Counted from the first letter of the whole stretch, positions 12,983 to 26,070 are shown. The stretch: DNA of 63,065 nucleotides, filler included, from Octopus bimaculoides (GCF_001194135.2; 6 parts of 6 records of this genome joined end to end with filler, not necessarily neighbours in it); one strand, 5' to 3'. Translations and numbers: made by a program. Notes: generated from the sequence alone by a model not told the origin.

Positions 12983-13063
12983 CTCACAAACTGATCAACA
13001 ATTCTATGTTTTATCATAACTTCTGTATTAGGTCTGGCCATTGCCAGTATATCTTTAGATACC
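12983..13063 (-). CDS. PTPDC1: PTPDC1-like phosphatase, internal exon: (W)VSKDILAMARPNTEVMIKHRIVDQFV
   Basis: Acceptor ttttatttcag, donor ag|gtaagt; 81 nt, phase 2/2; resembles the remembered PTPDC1 motif WVTDNILAMARPS..IIDQF; the split W codon fits the upstream exon. Confidence 0.88.
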
Positions 13064-13731
13064 CTGAAATAAAACCCTTTTATTATTAGTATGAATTCAA
13101 AGAACACAGACATCATTCTTTCATTTGTTTTATGCCTGATTTTTTTCTTTCTACAATTACTTGTCTAAGACAGACCTACACTTTTGAAATAAATTGGCTT
13201 TTGTAGAAAGTTATCTTATAGTTTTATGATCCTACTGGAGTGCAGTCAGCTTCTTGAGTGAACAGAATTAACTGCATAGCAAATCATCTTTATTGTTTAC
13301 CAAACAGCAGAGTAGGAAAAGAGAAGAGATAACTTGATGGTAACTATAAATTGGTGCGTAATTTCTGCTCTATGGTTTATGACATTGAGAAAAGTACCTT
13401 CTCCCATTGTTTCCCAACAATGTACTTTCAAGTTGAGCCCTCATGTGTGGCACCTTATCTTTTATGTTTTACTTGTTTCAGTCATTAGACTGTGACCATG
13501 CTGGGGCACCACCTTGAAGAATTTTTTAAAGCAAATAAATTGACCCCCCAGCACTTGTTTTTTAAGCCTGGCACTTATTCTATCAATCTCTTTTGCCAAA
13601 CCACTATGTTATGGGGATGTAAATATGCCAACACTGGTTGTCAAGTGGTGGTGGGAAATAAACAGACACAAAGATATATGTGTGTGTGTGCGTGTGTGTG
13701 TAAAAATATGTGACACTTATTCAGTAACCAT

Positions 13732-13792
13732 GATAAAACTCCAAGTTTCGGATGCCAGGGTGTGAGCCCATGCCAACATCTCTTCAGTTATC
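13732..13792 (-). ncRNA. Minimal type-I hammerhead ribozyme (same family as 10416-10476)
   Basis: GAUAA-CUGAAGA-GAUGUUGG..CUGGCAUC-C-GAAA-CUUGGAG-UU-UUAUC; core intact, one unpaired nt at the base of stem II. Confidence 0.75.
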
Positions 13793-15542
13793 CGGCTATT
13801 GAAAATTCCTGTGAAAAGGCTTCATTCAGTTTCTGTCTACCAAATCCACTCATAAGGCTTTGGTCAGCACAAAGCTATAGTGGAAGACACTTCACAATGT
13901 GCCACAGAGTGAGACTGAACCTAGAACCATGTGGTAGGGAATTAAGATTCTTACTACACACCCACGCCTGTGCTTACGGGCAGGTTTTCTACAATAGTCT
14001 TGGGCTGACACAAATCTTTTGACAGGATTTGGTAGATGGAAATTGAAATAAGCTATATGTGTGTGTGTGTGCGTTTGTGTCTCCTTGGTCTTGACATCAT
14101 GTAATAGTTGTAAATGAGTGCCACTGTCATTCATTTCCAGTATTCTGTAAAAATGTCTGGCCATGGGGAGATACTACCTTGCTTGGAAAACAGGTAAGGG
14201 TTGGTAACAGAAGGGCATCTGGTTGTAGAAAACCTTCCTCAATAAGCTCTGCCCAATCCATGCAAGCATGGAAAAGTAGATGATAAAACAAAAGGGAAAC
14301 TGAAACATAAAATACTTTAGCTATATTGGGTATTTTAAGGATGGCACTATTGATGCTATTTAGAATTTTCATAAACACGTAGTGGCAATCATCCCTCTCC
14401 AAGATCTTTCACGATTTAATTCCCAGTTAAACTGACAGAAATTAGACAAACTAAATGTCTTTGTTAAAATACATTACAATAGCTAAGAAAGGCAACACTA
14501 ATAATGATGATATTATTTCTTGGTAATTTCTTTCTCTTGCTGATTTCCGATATTGGAATGGGGCCATGCTGGAGCACCACCTTCAAAAAGGTTTTAGTTA
14601 ATTATATTGATCTCAATACTTAGTCTCGTATGTATGTCAGATACAAAATAATAATAATAATAATAATAATAAAATGCAGTCAACATTTCTATAAAAGGAA
14701 TTAATTCATGCAAACTTAAATATCCAGGTCACTAACACTTTTAGCCCAAATGTATTGGTTCTCACCCAACATGCACGAACATATATATATATATATATNN
14801 NNNNNNNNNNNNNNNNNNNNNNNNNNNNNNNNNNNNNNNNNNNNNNNNNNNNNNNNNNNNNNNNNNNNNNNNNNNNNNNNNNNNNNNNNNNNNNNNNNNN
14901 NNNNNNNNNNNNNNNNNNNNNNNNNNNNNNNNNNNNNNNNNNNNNNNNNNNNNNNNNNNNNNNNNNNNNNNNNNNNNNNNNNNNNNNNNNNNNNNNNNNN
15001 NNNNNNNNNNNNNNNNNNNNNNNNNNNNNNNNNNNNNNNNNNNNNNNNNNNNNNNNNNNNNNNNNNNNNNNNNNNNNNNNNNNNNNNNNNNNNNNNNNNN
15101 NNNNNNNNNNNNNNNNNNNNNNNNNNNNNNNNNNNNNNNNNNNNNNNNNNNNNNNNNNNNNNNNNNNNNNNNNNNNNNNNNNNNNNNNNNNNNNNNNNNN
15201 NNNNNNNNNNNNNNNNNNNNNNNNNNNNNNNNNNNNNNNNNNNNNNNNNNNNNNNNNNNNNNNNNNNNNNNNNNNNNNNNNNNNNNNNNNNNNNNNNNNN
15301 NNNNNNNNNNNNNNNNNNNNNNNNNNNNNNNNNNNNNNNNNNNNNNNNNNNNNNNNNNNNNNNNNNNNNNNNNNNNNNNNNNNNNNNNNNNNNNNNNNNN
15401 NNNNNNNNNNNNNNNNNNNNNNNNNNNNNNNNNNNNNNNNNNNNNNNNNNNNNNNNNNNNNNNNNNNNNNNNNNNNNNNNNNNNNNNNNNNNNNNNNNNN
15501 NNNNNNNNNNNNNNNNNNNNNNNNNNNNNNNNNNNNNNNNNN

Positions 15543-15581
<39 letters not shown>

Positions 15582-16179
15582 ATGATCTTCTGCATAATTT
15601 CTGTTTACCAAATTTTCCTCATGAGTATTGGTCAAACTGAGGCAACAGTACAAGATACCCAAATTGACATGCAGCAGGACCGAACCTAGATCCACATGGT
15701 TGGGAAAAAGATTTCGTAACCACACAGCCATGTCCATATCCAATTACTTGAAACACTTACATGTCACAGCTCATATCATCTTTAGAATTAAAAAACTGAC
15801 AACACTTGAAATACTTGGTAAGTACAATTCAGACTACTTGAATATTATGGTATTTACTATCTTCCACACATAGTGAATATTTCCTTTTTCCTCACTTCGT
15901 AATACCTTAGTCTTAATCCCAGACAGTGTCACTTATGGAGTGATTTAAATTTATATTTTCTTTAGTAGTTCTTGGATTCCTTATAACAATGAGATGCAAC
16001 CCTTCTCACCATATGACATTCACCAACAGCACACCTGATGCATCCCACCACCTCGTTTTTTTTTTTAAAAGACTTATTCACTGTTCACTTCTTGTGCATA
16101 TTCTATGTACTATTCATGAACTTTTGGTTACCTTTTATGATGAGTTGTAGTGCAGCTGAGCACTGTATTCAGTAAGTTC

Positions 16180-16552
16180 ATTATTACCTCTGCCTTACTG
16201 AAGGTGGAGGTATTGTTTTCAGTTGTGTTTGTTTGTTTGTTTGTCCGTGGACAAGATATCTCAAGAACCGTTGGATGGATTCAGATAAAACTTTCAGGGA
16301 TGTTTGGCCTCGTGACCGGCACGAACTGATTAGATTTTGGGATCGATCCAGTATGGGACAAGGATTCTGGATTATGTTTCGTTTTTTTTTACTTAGTTTT
16401 TGAGAGCGGTCGGGTTCATTTTTAGTATTCTCGTTTGTAAGAACAGTCGAGTTTATTTCAGATATTCTCATTTTAAAAATAATCTCTGGCTAATTGTTGA
16501 GACAACACTAGTGTTGCCTTGGTGGAGGTTTGTGCTCTCTGAGTGCTCTTGT
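16180..16552 (+). mobile_element. Helentron-associated HINE/DINE-1-like element
   Basis: 5' ttattacctctgcc..aggtggaggt hairpin, (TTTG)n, core ggatggattcagataaaacttt, 3' ccttggtggaggtttgtgctctctgagtgct; a similar relic at ~41440-41750. Confidence 0.65.
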
Positions 16553-17228
16553 TATAAGTATTATTATTATAATACTTGTGAGAACACATGGCCTAGTGGT
16601 TAGGATGTTGCACTCACAATTGTGGTTTCAATTCGTAGACAAGGTGGTGTGTTGTGTTCTTGAGTAAAAACACTTCATCTCATGTCACTCTGCGATCACC
16701 CGACACGTGGTACACCAAGCACCTGTTCGGGCAATGTCGATAGTGTGAGCTACAGTACATAAATTTGATCGCTATAAACAAATCATTTGCGCAGGTCGTT
16801 CTGCAAAAGCTGAACACTCACACATCGTCTTCGACGGGAGAGTTCATTATTATGCTAGAAATTGAATGGACTGAGTTTAATCAATGCATCCATCTTTTCT
16901 GCCTACTATTCCAGGGAGGGTTGTGGGGACAGAGTCCTCAGGCACCTTCTCCATAAGGTCCTCTCAGAAGCCACCATTATTACACTTTCCAATTCCCAAT
17001 CACTAACAGTTGTTCCCTGCTGGACTTGATTAGGGGTACTGAGACAATCATCCATTGTGCTCCCACCCAACACCTTCCAGAACAAATTGCAGGCTTATTG
17101 CAATATATTTTCCAAACAGATCCCTCTTCTAGAACAATCAAAATACACAAGAAAAAAACCTGTTATGAACATGATATACTAAACTAGATAAAAATTTTAA
17201 TACAGGAATTCCACAGAGAGAAACTTAC

Positions 17229-17391
17229 CAATGAGAAAAGAGTCCGGTAATAGCCATTTGGCCTTCCCAGCAGTCACTGCGATCATATTTACAATTGCGG
17301 CCACCACAAAACAAAGCACATTGGTTCTTCAACGAAATTAAGCCCTGAGCCTGTTCTGTCAGGACACTATATTGAGGGTTAGGAATGCTGG
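17229..17391 (-). CDS. PTPDC1: PTPDC1-like phosphatase, internal exon: SIPNPQYSVLTEQAQGLISLKNQCALFCGGRNCKYDRSDCWEGQMAITGLFSH(W)
   Basis: Acceptor ttttatcatttcag, donor tg|gtaagt; 163 nt, phase 1/2; CGGRxCKY..W...AIxGxxSxW matches the remembered PTPDC1 N-terminal motif. Confidence 0.9.
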
Positions 17392-17519
17392 CTGAAATGA
17401 TAAAATAATATTGATGATAATCATGAGGAGTCCATTAAAAACAGTTAAAATATGACATGTAAATTAATGTATTTATGCAGATCACATTAACCATTAACAA
17501 ATAAATTCTAATTTATATA

Positions 17520-18860
17520 ACATATCTATTCATTCTTAACACATTCTGGCAGATTCAAATGTAACCATCTGGTCACTTTTGTTTTTTATCAATGGAAAAC
17601 ATCACCTCCTTTTAGATGACATGTTCAAAACCATACGGTTTACTGGTGTGAGGGGACTTCGAAACACTAGTGTTTCAACCTTATAGTATGTCTCATCAGT
17701 CAAAGTTATTCTGTCAGACTGATGAATCAGACAAAAGCACGAGCTCTTGTTTATAGGGATCAGCAAGTTATTTGCTGATGCAAGCTGATTTCTGCTAAAC
17801 AGATAATAAATGCATGCAGAACATTGAGGATCAAAACAATGATATACCTATACATTATTAATTCTGGCAGGTTTGAACATGAATATCCTGATCTCTGTTG
17901 TATTTCATCTTCAGAGAATATCTCTCTTTAGACGATGTGTGTTCATAATACATGCAATTTGTTTACTTTTGTTTACTCATTGATCTGCAAGTCACTTTGA
18001 ATGAAGAGACACATCATAAGGTCAAAATAACCGTGTCACAAAGTAAAAAAGTCCCTTATGTCAATGAATTGTGTGTGTTCATGCATAACACACATTGTTT
18101 GAAGGAAGGAGGTATTCTCCAATGACAAAAAACAACAGCAATCAGCATATTTATGTTTGAATTGTATTAAAAAGGAACAGATACATTCTCATTTAGATTC
18201 TTGATGTTCTGCATTCACCTCATGAATTATGATCTGGCAGACATCAGCATGCATCAGCAAATAATTTGTTTGCAGCTTTCTATAAACAAGAGGTACTACT
18301 CCCATTTAGATTCACTGATTTAGGGATAGCTTTGGCAGAAAAGACACAATAAGATTGAAATGCCTCAAACTCAAAATTCCCTTACACCAACGAACCATGT
18401 CTACCTATATTGTCATAAGGGAGGAGATATTCTTTAAAGGCAAAATGTAACAGTGATCAGCAGATTCACAAATGAATCTGCCAGACTGTTTTGAGAGTGA
18501 TAAATAAGTTATCATTTAGATTCTTGCTGTTCTGCATACACCACAAATTATTATCTGTCTGGCAAACATTAGTATACATCAGCAAATAATTTATTTGATG
18601 ATTTCCATAAACAAGAGCCAGTACTCTTGTTAGTTTCATTGATCTAGGGGTAGCTTTGACTGAGAAGACACACAATATGGTTGAAACACTACATTGTCTC
18701 AAAGTCGTCATCGGAAGACCAGAGATGTTCACTAAAGACAGAATACAATAGTGATCAGCACATTCATTTTTGAATCTCTCAAAATGTGTTCAAAATGAAT
18801 AGATACATCATTGTTTAGACTCTCACTGTTTTACGTAGATCCCCTGAATTGTAATTTATA
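17520..18860. repeat. Diverged ~310-bp repeat: about 3 direct units plus inverted partial units
   Basis: Block gttctgca..catcagcaaataa..ataaacaagag recurs near 18205 and 18525, partially at 18750-18860, and as reverse complement at 17520-17960. Confidence 0.7.
17656..17706 (-). ncRNA. Minimal type-I hammerhead ribozyme, intact core
   Basis: ACUUUGA-CUGAUGA-GAC(auacuauaag)GUU-GAAA-CACUAGUG-UU-UCGAAGU; 7-bp stem I, perfect palindrome ACACUAGUGU as stem III. Confidence 0.85.
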
Positions 18861-20038
18861 AATGTATGGAAGGGACATAATTCAGCATTCACCAATTGAA
18901 TTTATTTAATGGTGCTGCCAACCACACAATAGGTGAAATAGATGAAACAACTGAATGATAGCATAATTTACAGTAAACCATTTGGTTGCTGCTTTTAAAG
19001 GGTTCATCTATTCATGGGTTATTGAGTGTTAGTCAACACCGTAGGCTCCAGTACTTGACTTGTACTTTATTTCATCAACCCTGGAAGGTTGAGCTGAAAC
19101 AAACATAGCAAAGCATTTTCCTGATGTTCTAATGATTCTGTTAGATAGAAATTCTTTGATTTAGCAGAGTTCACTTTATATTAGCTTAAAATAGAGTCAA
19201 ATACTTCATTTATTTTCAAAACATTGGATGTGATATTTACAATAGTATCAACAAGTCATATAACCATATCTTTATTCTTTCACTTTGGAATACAGAGGTA
19301 TGGAATTATAGAATTTTTCTCTTTTCCAAAACTTCCTAAAGGAAAGCTAGATTATAAGACAGCTCATCTGACAAACTAATGACATTCGAATCTTTGCCTT
19401 CTTTTGTCACCCCTTTGTTATGGGGAAACAGGTTAAGGGTTGGTGACAGGAAGGGTACCCAACCATAGAAAAATCTCTCAACAAATTCTGACTGATTCAT
19501 GCAAACATGGAAAAGTGGACATTAAAACTATGATGATGATGATGAAATGAAAATATTATCTTTATAATATATATCAAAATATAATTTATAAATTGATATT
19601 TAAAAAGTATATTTATATATATCATATATATTAAAAATGTTATTTTTATAATATATATCTTTATATTATTTTTATTAACATGTCTTTATAATATATTGGT
19701 TTCAAATTTTGGTACAAGGCCAGAAAGTTCAGGGGAGGGGGTAAGTCAATTACATCGACCCCAGTGTTCAACTGGTACTTATTTTATTGACCCCGAAAGG
19801 ATGAAAGCAAAGTCGACCTCGGTGGAATTTGAACTCAGAAAGTAAGGACAGATGAAATACCACTGAGCATTTTGCCTGGTGTGCTAATGATTCTACCAAT
19901 ATATTATTTATATTAAAATGTTATCTTTATAATAGATATTAAAATGTAAATGAAATGTTACCAAAATTTCACAATTAAAATTTAAATATTAGAATAAGAA
20001 ATATAAAAAAAAGCAAAAAACAAGAAAATGTTATATAC

Positions 20039-20121
20039 CCGCTACAGCCTCATTGAACTCCCAGAGAAAAGTATCATCTTTTTCATTATGTCCTTCCTCC
20101 AGTTCGGAATTCATTTCAATA
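20039..20121 (-). CDS. PTPDC1: PTPDC1-like upstream exon: IEMNSELEEGHNEKDDTFLWEFNEAVA; possible start ATG at 20114
   Basis: Very strong acceptor tttctttctatcttttcttctttaag, donor gg|gtatat; only one open frame; its phase-1 end joins exon 17229-17391 in frame. No homology recognised for this peptide. Confidence 0.65.
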
Positions 20122-20899
20122 CTTAAAGAAGAAAAGATAGAAAGAAATGTAAAACACAGACTTATAAATTAAATTCCATGTTGTCTTTCTGTCATATTGT
20201 CTCTTAAAATCCTCTCATGGCTTAGAATGAACTTTTCTGTAACTGTACATTGATAACTCTAGATATGGTCGTGTTGGACTAATAACAGGCTTTTTTTAAA
20301 CTCAGTATGTTTGGTTGGTTTCAATAGTAACACAAAAACATCTGATAAAAAAAAACCAAAAAAAAAAACCAGCAATAATATTCCTGACCCTCTTTGCTGT
20401 TACTAGGAATATTACCACCTACAGACTGTGGTGGTTATTTCTTAGTGATGTAAACAACAACATAACAGAATTCACTTTAAAGAGCAACATGAATAATTAA
20501 TCAAAGTGAATAAGAGAAAGAGAGAGAGAGAAACAATAGGATTGTATACAACTGAATCTCATGCTTCACAACAACAGATCATGTTTGAACACATTCTTAC
20601 ATCATTATCAATTAACATCTGTCTTCTGGCATAGATTGGCTGGTTTGAGAGGATCTGATAAATCAAAGGACTGTGTTGAGCTCCAGTTTCTCTGCTTTGG
20701 CATGTTTTTCTTTTATGGTTCAATGCCCTTCTTAACACCAACCAGTTTACTGAAAGTATTGAGTGCCTTTTTCATGCCACTGGCACAAGTGAAGTTACCA
20801 AGTAACTTGCAAAACAAGACAACAACCTTTGAGCTGAGTGGGGTTGTAATAGAGAGTGAGATGGTTTTGTGCCAGGCGTTGAGAAGTTAAAGTTTGATA

Positions 20900-21545
20900 C
20901 GAGTGTCAGCTGAAAAGTTCATAGGCTGACCAAAATTCTCTCATAAAATGTGACCAAATAAGGTTTATTTTTCAACATAGTCTCCCTTGCAACCAACACA
21001 CTTCTTCCATCAGTGTTGCAGTGCTTGGATCCCATTGGTGAAGATGCTTCCATCATGTTGATCGAAAAAACCCATCAGAAGTAGATATGACATCATCATG
21101 ACTATGATACTGGTTATCATTTTGAGGAACAGATGATAGTAAGATGGAGGCCAAATCAGGAGAATCTGGAGGTTGATCAACTAGTTCAAAGCCATAGTCA
21201 TGCACAGAAGCCATTGAAACCAAAGAATTGCGTGCTGGTCCATTGTCCTGATGAAACAAGACCCCTTTTGTCAGTTTTCCTGGGCATTTGATCTTCATAG
21301 CCTTTCATAACTGCCTCAGCAAGTTGACATAGTAGTACTCTCTACTGATGGTGAAGCCTTTTTGAAGATAGTCAATAAACACAGTGCCATTTGCATCCCA
21401 AAAAACTGAGGCCATTGCCTTCCCTGCAGATGAAACAACCTTGGCCTTCTTTGGAGCTTTGGTGATGAGGGGTATTTCCACTGCATGGATTGCCTCTTTG
21501 TCTCTTGCTCAAAGTGATAAACCCAATACTCATGGTTACCCCAGC
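20900..21545 (-). mobile_element. Mariner family 1 fragment (one TIR plus 3' transposase)
   Basis: TA+cgagtgtcagctgaaaagttcataggctgac; FHQDNGPA, QPPDSPDLAS, EQETKRQSMQW; frameshifted. Confidence 0.9.
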
Positions 21546-22819
21546 TAAAAAGAGAGAAAAGAGATGGTAGTGATGGGGCATCAGGGCATACACCCAAAGT
21601 ATAAGAATGTGAAAATGAGAGAGGATACAGACAGAGGATTGAAAGTGGTGGGTGAGTAGATAAGTTTGTGAGAGTATGAAAGGAATGTGGTTAGAGATGC
21701 AGTTCCAAGATCTAGTTCTTACTGTCGGGAACACAATCAAGTAAACTATCCTAAAATAAAATTTGTAGTCATTACTCTGTGTAACAGAAGTATTTTTTTT
21801 TTTGCCTTTGGTCAGTAAAGTGTTATTTCCTAATTGTTTCTATCAAGAAATCAAAGGAAATGACCATTATTCCCTTCAAACTTTGTTTTTGTGACCTGGA
21901 CATCAATGTTTTAAAACTGACCCATTTTCCATTACATTTCAGACAGACTCAGGACTGAGTTGCTGAAGTAGAATTTTCTAGTACTTTTTAGAAGTTTCTA
22001 AAAGTTTCAAGAATGGCAGTATAAATACAAGGCTCGTAAGCTCAACAGTTCAGTTTACTTCTAGCTGTCCAAGTGGAGACAAGTTTTAGGAAAGCAAAGC
22101 TTGAAGGAAATATCAGCCATTTTTTATGCTTTCTAGGGATAAGCAAATAGGAAATAACAGTCACTACCCAAGGACAAAAATTGTGTTACACAATGTTGGA
22201 TCACAATGAATGTGCTTGCAACTCAATGGAGATCCTTTAACCATTAAAAACTAAACTAATATGACAGGCTGTTTAAAAGGGAGAATATGATAAATTCATG
22301 GATATGGTGAGTAGCCCTTTCATTAGTTTATTTTCTTTTACTATCTTACATCAATTCTTTTTTAAGTGAGTATGATATATTTTATTAGAATAGATTGTTT
22401 TCACATCTGGATGATTACCCGACTACAAAAATACTCAACAGTGAAGTCGGAATTCAACTTGTTGTTATTTGTGCAAAATATGGATATGACAATATCTATT
22501 TATTTACTGCTTTCACTGTATTGAAGTTTTAGTAATTATTCTTATACAATTTAATAATTATACTCACATCTAAGGTAGTGAGGTGGTATAATTGTTAGCA
22601 TGCTGGAAAAAATGCTTATTGGCATTTTGTCTGTCTTTACGTTCTGAGTTCAAACTCTATGGAGTTCAACTCTGCCTTTCATCTTTCCAGGGTCAATAAA
22701 ATAAGTATCATTTCATCAATTGATTTATTCCCTCAAACGAAATTGTTGGCCTTGTACCAAAATTTGAAACCAATACTTACACTCATCAAGAAAACACCTT
22801 TACACTCCACTCCCTACAT

Positions 22820-23200
22820 ATGAGCCCTCATAGTTACTCCAGATGGTAGGCATGGCTATCACCAAAGACCTCTCCTGGAGAAAGCACATCCTTAACATAA
22901 ATAGAACTACATTCCAATGACTGACCCTTCTCTTCAAGGTCAGACAATAATTCAGTAACTAACGATTGCTGACACAAGGTTCACAATGGAATGTTACTCC
23001 AATATTTGGGATGATGCTGCTATTATTGAACACACATGTCCAGGAAAGGATCATTCAACTGACTGATATAAAATTACTCACAGACAAGCTCCAGGCTCCT
23101 GACCCCACTTTTACCACAATATCCTTAACCCACAAAGAGAGACTCACTTGCATTTTCTCTCAGACTGATTTTTAGAGAACAACGTATTAAAATATAGTCA
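22820..23200 (+). mobile_element. CR1/L2-like LINE fragment
   Basis: Degraded ITKDLSWRKHILNI...MECYSNIWDDAA...QERIIQLTD; similar old pieces on the minus strand at ~23400-23650, 26370-26700, 34830-35150. Confidence 0.55.
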
Positions 23201-23842
23201 ATACTTTCTGTGACTGACATAATTTATTTACATAATGATCCAAAATTGAGACTGGTGGCCTGACAATTTTTTTTCTTTTTCATTACTTGTTGGATTTTGA
23301 AAGTGCCCATGACTTTTGAAATTCTTCCTCAACTTGTGAGACAAATTGTATTAATGTTTAACTTAAACTGTTACAAGTTGACCCCTGTAAGGAACAAAGA
23401 GGAGATTTCAGAAGGATGATGTTCTAGAGAAGGAAGGAAGGAATGGGAACAGTGATTAGTACAGGGTCTGGGGTGTTGGACACAACATGGGTGATGAGAG
23501 GTGACAAGACAAGTGGATCAGGGATGCCCGAGTGGAGGTAGTACAAAAACTGTCAACATCAAAGAACAGAGGTCATTACAGTATTGACAGAAATGGCAAT
23601 AAGGGGAAAAAAGACAGAGATGGTGGAGATGAGATGCCAGAGCAAACTAATGTTAAATAGTGAGTTCATATATTTATTTTTTCATGCAAAGTAAAGCAAA
23701 AGCAAAACTATGTCTTGTTGACTTGTGTGGTAAAATGACAGTGCTGGACTGATGTAAATGAGATAATCCAGCATCTTAATCTCAAAGTCAGGATCATTCC
23801 TGTAATGCCATCAAGTAATTACATCAACAACATAATCAAACC

Positions 23843-25427
23843 CAGTACAGCAATGAATTCCGGGTAGAGGTAGGGGTCCACCAAGGTTCCGTCCTCAGCC
23901 CCCTATTATTTACCATAGTCCTCCAGGCAATCACAGAGGAGTTCAAGACAGGTTGCCCCTGGGAGCTCCTCTATGCTGATGACCTTGCCCTAATTGCGGA
24001 GTCACTATCAGAACTAGAGGAGAAGTTTCAGGTGTGGAAGCAAGGTCTAGAATTGAAGGGCCTTAGAGTCAACCTAGCTAAAACCAAAATCCTAATAAGT
24101 AGGAAGGTAGATAAAACACAAACCCCTTCAGGTAGATGGCCCTGCTCAGTATGTAGAAAAGGAGTAGGTAGTAACTCTATAAGATGTACCCGGTGCAAGC
24201 TATGGACACATAAGNNNNNNNNNNNNNNNNNNNNNNNNNNNNNNNNNNNNNNNNNNNNNNNNNNNNNNNNNNNNNNNNNNNNNNNNNNNNNNNNNNNNNN
24301 NNNNNNNNNNNNNNNNNNNNNNNNNNNNNNNNNNNNNNNNNNNNNNNNNNNNNNNNNNNNNNNNNNNNNNNNNNNNNNNNNNNNNNNNNNNNNNNNNNNN
24401 NNNNNNNNNNNNNNNNNNNNNNNNNNNNNNNNNNNNNNNNNNNNNNNNNNNNNNNNNNNNNNNNNNNNNNNNNNNNNNNNNNNNNNNNNNNNNNNNNNNN
24501 NNNNNNNNNNNNNNNNNNNNNNNNNNNNNNNNNNNNNNNNNNNNNNNNNNNNNNNNNNNNNNNNNNNNNNNNNNNNNNNNNNNNNNNNNNNNNNNNNNNN
24601 NNNNNNNNNNNNNNNNNNNNNNNNNNNNNNNNNNNNNNNNNNNNNNNNNNNNNNNNNNNNNNNNNNNNNNNNNNNNNNNNNNNNNNNNNNNNNNNNNNNN
24701 NNNNNNNNNNNNNNNNNNNNNNNNNNNNNNNNNNNNNNNNNNNNNNNNNNNNNNNNNNNNNNNNNNNNNNNNNNNNNNNNNNNNNNNNNNNNNNNNNNNN
24801 NNNNNNNNNNNNNNNNNNNNNNNNNNNNNNNNNNNNNNNNNNNNNNNNNNNNNNNNNNNNNNNNNNNNNNNNNNNNNNNNNNNNNNNNNNNNNNNNNNNN
24901 NNNNNNNNNNNNNNNNNNNNNNNNNNNNNNNNNNNNNNNNNNNNNNNNNNNNNNNNNNNNNNNNNNNNNNNNNNNNNNNNNNNNNNNNNNNNNNNNNNNN
25001 NNNNNNNNNNNNNNNNNNNNNNNNNNNNNNNNNNNNNNNNNNNNNNNNNNNNNNNNNNNNNNNNNNNNNNNNNNNNNNNNNNNNNNNNNNNNNNNNNNNN
25101 NNNNNNNNNNNNNNNNNNNNNNNNNNNNNNNNNNNNNNNNNNNNNNNNNNNNNNNNNNNNNNNNNNNNNNNNNNNNNNNNNNNNNNNNNNNNNNNNNNNN
25201 CATAAAAGACACCATTTCGAGCGTGGCCGTTTTCGTGCGGGTGACACGTAAAAGCACCCACTACACTCTCTGAGTGGTTGGCGTTAGGAAGGGCATCCAG
25301 CTGTAGAAACTCTGCCAAATCAGACTGGAGCCTGGTGTTGCCATCCGGTTTCACCAGTCCTCAGTCAAATCGTCCAACCCATGCTAGCATGGAAAGCGGA
25401 CGTTAAACGATGATGATGATGATGATG
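23843..25427 (+). mobile_element. 5'-truncated RTE-clade LINE spanning a gap
   Basis: GVHQGSVLSPLLF...LLYADDLALIA...WPCSVCRKGVGSNSIRCTRCKLWTHK before the gap (24215-25200); 3' UTR with (GAT)n tail after it in the same orientation. Confidence 0.85.
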
Positions 25428-26070
25428 AAAGATAATTAGTAGTCGTGTTCTAATATTAGAAATTAATTAACGTTCAAGTTGAGATCATTCAAAGAATATT
25501 GACACAAGGAAAGAAGGAAAAAAAGAGCAAGGGTTTTTCATATAGTGTGTTGTGTATGCTAAAATTAAGTTTTAAATATACAAATATATATCTTTGATCT
25601 TTATCTTTTAGCTTTTACTTGTTTCAGCCATTGGACTATGGTCACTCAACAACTGGTGCTGGTTTGTTTATGTCCCTGTAACTTAGTAGCATTTCAGCAA
25701 AAGAGACCGATAGAATAAGTACCAGGCTTAAAAAAATAAAATAAATACTGGGGTTGATTTGTTCAACTAAACCGTTTGGGGCAGTGTTCTAGCATGGCCA
25801 CAGTCCAACAATTAAAACAAAGGATAAAAGATGAAAAATATATAACAACCTTTTACTTCTTTCAATCATTTGACTGTGGCCATGATGGGGCACTACCTTG
25901 AATGATTTTAAAGCCTAGTACTTATTCTGTCCATCTCTTTTGCTGAACCACTAAGTTACAGGAACATAAACAAACAAACACTGATTATCAAGCAGTAGTG
26001 GGGAACAAACACAGACCACAAATACATACACACGCATAGATATATACGTATGTATGTATATATATATATT

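Noticed and set aside
15786-15817. 32-nt plus-strand micro-exon candidate (IKKLTTLEIL) with gtaagt donor
   Set aside because: Isolated, antisense to the PTPDC1-like gene, no partner exons.
25340-25370. CUGAGGA-CUGGU-GAAAC in the RTE tail copies
   Set aside because: No stem II, no NUH site, no stem I pairing.
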